NCBI GenBank assembly: GCA_031400935.1
Contig: JANNQV010000017.1
Location: 62,001 to 126,000, forward strand
Source of the DNA: Armatimonadota bacterium
GTDB lineage: Bacteria; Armatimonadota; Fimbriimonadia; Fimbriimonadales; Fimbriimonadaceae
Reading direction: 5' to 3'
Length of the DNA stretch: 64,000 bases
Position 1 is the first letter of the stretch. The number at the start of each line of letters is the position of its first letter. A program made the position numbers and the translations under genes. The notes below the pieces were generated by a model. The model was not told the DNA's origin and searched no databases. It saw nothing but the letters and a program-made list of their open reading frames with translations. Of the stretch, positions 57,586 through 64,000 are shown in pieces.

Positions 57586-59526
57586 TTACGGTACGTCGAG
57601 AGTAGTTGTTCGATTGATGTTGAACGATCCGCCGCCGCCCAATGAACCAAACCAGTTTCCGCTAAACGTGATGGTTGTGGTTCCATCCGCAGATCCTAGT
57701 GTTAGTGCAAATGTTCTTGCCGGAAGCGCTCCGAACACGATGTTTGCGCCTGATAGCGAGTCGGTTGAACCAAGCTTGTTGGTCAATCCGAGTTCGCCAA
57801 GTGGAATTTCGTGTCCTGCACTATCCAAGAACCGTGTTGTGAAGTTGAACGGAGTACCGTTCGAACCGGCAAAGGCTCCTGCTCCATTCACGATTTGGGC
57901 ACCGCTCGAATCATCGGCTCGATAGATCAACTTCGACGGATTACCAAATACAGCAATCGTAAGCAGATTTGATGGCACCGGAAGTACACCGTTTGCACCC
58001 GTTACTTGAACAGTTACTGTTCCTGCTACTGCGCCAGCAGCCAATTGGATCGAAGAACCTGTAGTCGAACCGCTAATTGATGAAGCAGACGTTGACTGAG
58101 TCGTCAAATCGCCAGCATCGCCAATCTGGGTTGCGCTATTGTCAACGTTAATTACTGCCCAAGTAAATGGTCCAGCCGGAGTTGCAACAGGGTCGAGGTC
58201 AACGTCCACGCCACCCGTGACACGGATATTTTGTGGAAGAAGAGTGTTTGAAGTTGTCGTTGTTCCAATGTCTACTCTAGTTGGGCCAACGATTGAGACC
58301 GAACTAAGCGGACGAACGATTGTAACAACAATCGTATTGGAGTTAACTGCGCCAACAAACGCTTGAACGTTGTTGATGCCTTTAGGCTGTTTGTCGCCTG
58401 CCGCCAACGGTCCGACAACCGAAATTGGAGGACTAATTATAGCTGCAGAAAGGCCAGCAGGGTCTGTAACAGCGAAAGCTCCCGAGAACACAGCACCCGC
58501 AGATGGAGTATTCCAAGTGTTAGTTCCTGTATTCACAAATACTCCTGTATCGCCTGCATCGGCTTCTGTACATCGCCAATCAACAGTTATTCCAGCCATA
58601 GGTGCGGAATACTGGTTCCTGACGGTTGCGCCCATTCCATGATTCGTAACTGCTCCAACTTCATGCCATGTAAGTATTGGGTTAGAGCCTGAAACAGATA
58701 CGGATGACACAGTTCCCTGAGAGTAATCGGCATCGTAAGACAGTTCAACTGCCGCACCGACCGCTTCACCAATAGTAAGCGTTACTGTCGCAGCCGTCTG
58801 AGCTGTTGCTGCAGTCAAGAGGTTTGCAGCATAGGTAACTCTAGTTACATCGTCGCTTACGACCGATGGTGTGATACCGCTTTTTGCAGTTCCATCAGCA
58901 TCAAAGAAAGCAACGTTTACATCGTAAGTGTTTCCGCCAATCCATTCGCCGCCAGTAGCAGCTTCAGGAGCTTTGAAAATCTCTGTAGAAGTTCCAGGAT
59001 TGCCTTGTCGGTTTCGCAGCCAAGCTTGAATAGTAGCTGTTGGGCCAGGCGTATACACACCTGCATTGTTTACATTCAACGCAAGAGTAGTCCCGTTATT
59101 CGCAGTTGTTCCAAGCGAAACGTTTTGCGCACCGCCGAACGATCTAGCAATTCCGTTTCTGAACAGTCCGGTTGCACTGATCGTCATGTTGAACGGCGCT
59201 GAGTTCTGTGTTACTGTCGCGGCGATTACGTTGCCGTCGGACATATTAAAGATTTCAGAATCTGGAGCGCGAGTAACTGTTCCGTCCGCAACGGAAATCG
59301 TAACCGAACCAGTTGCATCTGGTATTACATAGCCGGTTGGCGGAACGTTGCTCGGTGAAATAACTACATCGTTTCCTGTTCCGGAACCTGCAGTTCCCTC
59401 AACATAAACGAATCCAACAACGAGGCGTGTTACAGCACTCGTATTGCCGTTCCCTCCGCCACCGCATCCCAACAAGCCGACAACGACTGCTGAGAGAGCG
59501 ATCAATAATCCTAGACCTTTTTTCAT
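57586..59526 (-). CDS. Large surface lipoprotein with Ig-like beta domains (S-layer-like)
   Basis: GAGGAG RBS, ATG 59526, lipobox LLGC-GGGG; Thr/Gly/Val-rich. Confidence 0.75.
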   Translation of the reverse strand: MKKGLGLLIALSAVVVGLLGCGGGGNGNTSAVTRLVVGFVYVEGTAGSGTGNDVVISPSNVPPTGYVIPDATGSVTISVADGTVTRAPDSEIFNMSDGNVIAATVTQNSAPFNMTISATGLFRNGIARSFGGAQNVSLGTTANNGTTLALNVNNAGVYTPGPTATIQAWLRNRQGNPGTSTEIFKAPEAATGGEWIGGNTYDVNVAFFDADGTAKSGITPSVVSDDVTRVTYAANLLTAATAQTAATVTLTIGEAVGAAVELSYDADYSQGTVSSVSVSGSNPILTWHEVGAVTNHGMGATVRNQYSAPMAGITVDWRCTEADAGDTGVFVNTGTNTWNTPSAGAVFSGAFAVTDPAGLSAAIISPPISVVGPLAAGDKQPKGINNVQAFVGAVNSNTIVVTIVRPLSSVSIVGPTRVDIGTTTTSNTLLPQNIRVTGGVDVDLDPVATPAGPFTWAVINVDNSATQIGDAGDLTTQSTSASSISGSTTGSSIQLAAGAVAGTVTVQVTGANGVLPVPSNLLTIAVFGNPSKLIYRADDSSGAQIVNGAGAFAGSNGTPFNFTTRFLDSAGHEIPLGELGLTNKLGSTDSLSGANIVFGALPARTFALTLGSADGTTTITFSGNWFGSLGGGGSFNINRTTTLDVP

Positions 59527-59734
59527 TAAAAAATTTACTCCTCGCTTGGTTGCAGATTCAATTGTAACAATTTCTTCCAGCATCCATGCCTTGCTAGTAA
59601 TTATGACGGCTTTTGTCAGGTTTTTGAGGCTAACTTCTTATGATTTTGCAAAAAAGGTCATATTGTCTCGTTTTTGATTGGCCATTTTGAGGATTCAAGA
59701 AACAACTAGTACAGTAATTGCTTCGAAATCTGAA

Positions 59735-60310
59735 CTAATCTGCAGGCTCGTCAATCTCGATAAAAATTGTCCAATAACTTGACTTTCGGCTCCGGCGGTA
59801 CAATCCGCCACCATCGTTTTGGCTCCCTGAATCGCCAGGATTTGTGTTGCCCTCATAGGAAACAATGTTGCCGGAATTGGGAACAACCCCGGCGACGATT
59901 CCGATATGCCGATTCTGGCTCTTCTTCCCATTTGAATTTGTAACTTGCATCACTCGCACGGCAAGGCGCCCACGGGCAGGTTTTTTTCGTGTTCGGCTGG
60001 ACTGATCGCCCCAACTGCGCCACTGTAGGACCGCTGCTGCAACACCTGGTTTAGGGCCGATTTTCACGTCTGCAATTTGAAAGCAGAATTCAATACTCGC
60101 AGCGCACCACGCAGCGCCTTCAGCAGTACGAGTCGAAGCGAGGATTTCCTTCACATTTGCGCCTTGATTGTTGCCGCCAACCTCGCGAACTTTGATGTCG
60201 TTGGCGAGCACTGACATTGCGAGTAGTACCTTTTCGCCGTTTGCGGACTCGTTATAGTTTGGATACCGCTGTAAAAGTATGAGTTGAACTTGGTCTTTCA
60301 AAGTCGCCAT
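59735..60310 (-). CDS. CHAP/NlpC-like peptidoglycan amidase
   Basis: E.GGNN.G, AAWCAA, HIGIV, YEGNT. Confidence 0.85.
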   Translation of the reverse strand: MATLKDQVQLILLQRYPNYNESANGEKVLLAMSVLANDIKVREVGGNNQGANVKEILASTRTAEGAAWCAASIEFCFQIADVKIGPKPGVAAAVLQWRSWGDQSSRTRKKPARGRLAVRVMQVTNSNGKKSQNRHIGIVAGVVPNSGNIVSYEGNTNPGDSGSQNDGGGLYRRSRKSSYWTIFIEIDEPAD

Positions 60311-60452
60311 AATTCAATCGTTATGAAAACGATCCGATGTCAACGAAATCTAGGTTGTTTCATGAATGTTTGGATTCGCCGGAGCTTCAATTTAGAACAA
60401 AAATGCACTTTTTGCACTTCCGAACCCGTCGAATCCATTGAGGCAAAACAAA

Positions 60453-61682
60453 ATGATTGCAGAACTGCTGATATGCGCAACAATTGTCGTTCAGTCGGCA
60501 CCTGATCGGCTAACGCATCAGAATTACGAATCAATAAAGCAGCACATTTCGTTGAAGCAACGAGATTTGGGATTTCAACAAATAGATTGGAAGTCGAGCG
60601 TATTTGATGGTGCCGTTGCCGCCAACCAACAAGACAAGCCTTCGGTGCTTTGGCTGTACTTCGGCGATCCACGCGGCGGATGCTGACAGAACGGAGTCAA
60701 GACCAGGCAGTTCGTCTGGTCCGATCCCCAAATTCTCGATTTCGTGTCTAAGAATTTCGTTGCGGTTGCTGCAAACGATGTTTCCTATTCGCAGCATTCA
60801 GACAAGAACAATTGGGAATATCGCCTCTTGGCAAGAGTGTTTGAAAGCGAAGGCTACGGGATACATCAAGGAATTTTTGTCGTAACGCCAAGCGGGAAGC
60901 TTATTCGTAACCTCAGATACGGTTGGCCGGCACCCGACCCCGTGAGAACGCTTCAAGGGCTTCGACAGTCCTTATCTGAGTACCAATCTCAATCCAAATC
61001 TGAACGATTGCTTGCCAAAGCGCCGAATCCCTCAACTGACAGGTTGAGATTTGAGAGCGAATCATTTGCGAAGCCCGCCGGAGTGCTTGACTTGAGAGTC
61101 GTCAAACGAAGTTATCCATTTGCCGGAATGACAGCGATGGATGTCCGAAGCCCAGAGTACTTTTCGATTGATCGGCTTTGGTACAAGCCTTCCGAGTATC
61201 GGGCATTGGTGCCAACGAAAATCGCAATTGGCGAATCTGTTTTGGTATCCGCGCCATTTGCACAAAGACTGGTCACGCTTTGTCATTTGATGGTGGATTG
61301 CTCGCCGTGGCGGCCCGACGAAATTCAAAAATCCAGCCTGACAAGCCGTATAGAAAAGATTGAAAGCGATATCGTTACCCTTGCCTTTTCGGCTGATTAT
61401 GCGATGTCGGCGAATTCGCAATGGAACAAAGGGCGATACAACGGCACTTCTTTAGGTTCTGCGAAGTGGGATCGGTCGAAGAGTTCGTTTGTCAGTTTCG
61501 AACTTGTCTCCTACGGAAAACACAACGTCGGCGACATGAAGCCAAACATGCATGTCGGATCGGCTGAGACGATGGTCGGTTCTATCATAACATTGAATCC
61601 GGCGGGATCCGATCCTGACAATCAAATGATTCCAACTCATTGGAAAAACGGTTATCCGAAGGGTTGGGCTGCAGGAGGCTAG
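60453..61682 (+). CDS. Exported thioredoxin-fold protein with in-frame TGA (Cys-Sec motif, U78); candidate selenoprotein
   Basis: IDW....A...DKP.VLW...GGC-TGA-QNG...WSDP.I...V.KNFVAV..QGIFVVTPSGKL is continuous in one frame. Confidence 0.8.
60693..60727 (+). promoter_or_regulatory. Candidate SECIS element
   Basis: gaccaggc-AGTTC-gtctggtc 8-bp stem; loop 22 nt after the TGA; G at loop position 2. Confidence 0.7.
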
Positions 61683-61836
61683 GTGCCTAGCGGATGGCTT
61701 CAATTCTGCCTGCTTTAGGGCATAACTGGCTCTTTCCATTGCGATTCCACATTCAAATCGTGCACCATAATCGTCATTGATGTAAGTTACGAGTAGAAGA
61801 GCCGAAATTCGGCAAATATCAATCAGGAGATTTTCA

Positions 61837-62304
61837 ATGAAAAAGTATTCAATTCTCGCAATCGCAGTTACAATTTGTGCATTAGGCTGCGGCAAGGCAG
61901 GCCGGTCTTTGACGGGCGAATGGAAGGCATCAGGAATCAAAAATATGCCTGAAGGTGCTTCAATGGTTTTTACAATGGCTGAACCAGATAGTCTCAAAAT
62001 GACGATGGATTTTAGTCAAGACGTTCCGGGAGGCAAGCCTATCGCAATTCATGGCGACGTAACGGGATCCTATAAGCTAGAAGGCGAAACGATGACAATC
62101 AAAGCAACAGACGTCAAGTTCTCGGCTACCGGCTTGCCCGAAGCTGCCAAACCAATGTTTGATTCGCAAATAAAGTCTATGAATGAAGGCTTGAAGAAGC
62201 AAATTAACGAGGATGGGGCATCAAAATTCAAGTGGGTCAACGATGACTCATTTACAATGACTGGGAAAGATGGCTCTCCAGCGACATTTACAAGAAAGAA
62301 GTAG
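61837..62304 (+). CDS. Lipoprotein (lipocalin-like)
   Basis: AGGAG RBS; lipobox ALGC; LTGEW. Confidence 0.8.
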   Translation: MKKYSILAIAVTICALGCGKAGRSLTGEWKASGIKNMPEGASMVFTMAEPDSLKMTMDFSQDVPGGKPIAIHGDVTGSYKLEGETMTIKATDVKFSATGLPEAAKPMFDSQIKSMNEGLKKQINEDGASKFKWVNDDSFTMTGKDGSPATFTRKK

Positions 62305-62321
62305 TTTTGATTGCCATATAC

Positions 62322-62359
62322 AAAGAAAACGGGCACCTCAATTGGTGCCCGTTTTCTTT
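62322..62359. terminator. Bidirectional intrinsic terminator
   Basis: aaagaaaacgggcacc-tcaatt-ggtgcccgttttcttt between convergent genes. Confidence 0.88.
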
Positions 62360-62374
62360 AACTGTGCTTAGCGC

Positions 62375-62701
62375 TTAATAGCGTCGTTTGTCGTTGTAGT
62401 CGCCTCGGCCACCGCCGCCGCCACCACCAGATCGGTTGTAGCCACCGCCGCCACCGCCGCCGCCGCTTCGCTCTTCGCGAGGACGTGCTTCGTTAACAGT
62501 CAAAGTTCGACCGTCCATTTGAGTTCCGTTCATTGCGGTGATTGCATCTTGCAATTGTTCGCCGTCAACGTCAACGAAACCGAAGCCTCGACCTTCAACG
62601 ATGCGAGCATTTGCTGCGCCGTATTGGGTGAAAGAAGTGATGAGCTGCGATTCTGTCGCAGAGTAGGGCAAATTGCCTACGTAGAGTGTTTTGTTAGCCA
62701 T
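62375..62701 (-). CDS. RRM RNA-binding protein with Gly-rich tail
   Basis: RNP2 LYVGNL, RNP1 RGFGFV, VNEARPRE. Confidence 0.95.
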   Translation of the reverse strand: MANKTLYVGNLPYSATESQLITSFTQYGAANARIVEGRGFGFVDVDGEQLQDAITAMNGTQMDGRTLTVNEARPREERSGGGGGGGGYNRSGGGGGGGRGDYNDKRRY

Positions 62702-62885
62702 TTATGGCCTCCTTGTTTTAGATTGTTGCGGGTTCGAGTCTGAGAGATCGTTTGAACCTGCACGGATGCTGTAACAAGGCGATATCAAGGCTGGAAAGAT
62801 CGTAACGAAAGTCATTATACCCTTTTGTGGATAATCGGGTAAATGGGGTTTGGGGTATGGGGTGTTTGGGAAGTAGCGATTGGCT

Positions 62886-63587
62886 TTAGCGCTTCTTGTA
62901 CGCAAATGCCGAAACGGCAATCGGATCGTTTAGTTTCATGCTTTTGTGGCATGTTAGACACTCTTTCTTTCGAAGAAAAATCGCCTCAGCGTAGAGTTGC
63001 CAATCGCCGATTTTCTTCTTGAAAGTTCCTTTTGGGCTAGCAGTTAGAAGCTTGACGGATTCGTCGGCAAAATCAAGCAACCTTTGATTGGTAGTTCCCA
63101 TAGAGCGATTTGAATCTCGGAAAAGGCCCTCATAGCCACGGAGCCCGTTGCTAGTATTCCAGAACGAAACTTTATTGGTTTGCTGTTCGCGATTTCCTAA
63201 CTCGATTGAAGAAGCATACAATGATTTTGGACTTATCTTTGTCCAAAGCTCCTGAATTAGAGTAAACACCCCTTCTTCCATCACCCAACCGTCTTTGGCA
63301 AGCTAGGCGCGCGATTTTAAAAGTTCGTTTTCAATCGTAATTTCGGACTCTTTGCGGAAGCCTGAATGAGAATCGAAAGGATTGTTTCTAACACGGCTAA
63401 TTGCGCCAGGCCCGTACTTCCAAAGAAGTTCCAAGTCATTGAAAACGGCATCGTACCCCGCAGCCATCAATGCCCCAGGCTCAGCAGAAGTTGGCACCTT
63501 CTTGTCAGGCACTTTGTCCTGGGTTGGAAGAATTGCAAATCCTAAAATGGCAGTTGCACCTAGTCCAATGAGAATTTCCTTCACCAT
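62886..63587 (-). pseudogene. Exported heme-c (DUF3365-like) protein interrupted by an in-frame TAG
   Basis: ORFs 63303-63587 and 62886-63284 are in frame across TAG 63305-63303; C-terminal CLTCH. Confidence 0.6.
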
Positions 63588-63781
63588 AATTTTGTTATAC
63601 GATAGCACCTACCGATTGTTGTGTTCTTCGTTCATTTACGGTTCGCTTTGCTCCTGCGAAATGGTTGCAAATTTCCATATGATGAGTAAAGTGTCCTGAT
63701 TGGATCATCTCGTTGAACAATCCCGAAGGGATCAAAATCTATCGTCCATCCAAATCTGTTTGCTAACTCAAAATCTTTGTC

Positions 63782-64000
63782 TTATCGCTCTTTCGGCTGA
63801 AACATGCACCACATTGAAGTTTCTCCCAAAAAGCCCGAGCCGACTAGCTCGTATCCTTTGCGCTCATACAAACGGCGACTGTTTGCATTCGCAGTTTCTA
63901 AATACACTCCTGTCGAATTCGAATCATGGGCAGAGAGCTGGGAAAACGCATCCAATAGTCGCCCGCCAATCCCTCGTCCTTGCGATGCAGGATCAACACC
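63782..64000 (-). CDS. GNAT acetyltransferase, C-terminal part (truncated by the window)
   Basis: Manual translation: GVDPASQGRGIGGRLL..GVYLETAN....LYERKGY. Confidence 0.85.
   Translation of the reverse strand, partial: GVDPASQGRGIGGRLLDAFSQLSAHDSNSTGVYLETANANSRRLYERKGYELVGSGFLGETSMWCMFQPKER

Noticed and set aside
1..64000. Genome-wide stop-codon reassignment to explain three in-frame stops
   Set aside because: TGA and TAG both end many conserved genes at their expected C-termini (for example purL, pyrC, vanW, phoU).
1..64000. CRISPR array, tRNA, rRNA, transposase or integrase
   Set aside because: No regularly spaced repeat-spacer units, cloverleafs or DDE/tyrosine recombinase motifs were seen.

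Overview
Bacterial chromosomal window. The host is probably Armatimonadota (Fimbriimonadaceae-like); this is inferred only from a PEP-CTERM protein, an FPVFAQ pilin-like motif and a recurring C-terminal domain. Most of the window is housekeeping and envelope genes (purL, pyrC, gcvT, ppk1/ppx, phoU, NAD kinase, lepB, lemA, wzm/wzt, an alpha-2-macroglobulin operon). Short 7-mer tandem repeats and REP-like palindromes fill many intergenic gaps. The main finding is a compact, apparently complete retron at 11764-13425 (-). It has its own sigma70-type promoter, a ~105-nt msr-msd with 9-bp a1/a2 arms and an opposed G/G branch site, and an RT fused to an Mrr-like PD-(D/E)xK nuclease. It lies near a GmrSD-like gene and a GIY-YIG gene. 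Two genes that the ORF track splits at an in-frame TGA each have a SECIS-like hairpin just downstream, so both are candidate selenoproteins: a thioredoxin-fold protein with a Cys-Sec motif (60453-61682) and a secreted laminin-B-like protein (55852-56859). Other observations are a duplicated palindromic element upstream of unrelated small membrane ORFs, an in-frame heptamer-repeat insertion in ppx, a heme-c gene with an internal TAG, many leaderless-type promoters and a candidate ECF regulon. All family calls come from motifs read by eye; no database searches were run.
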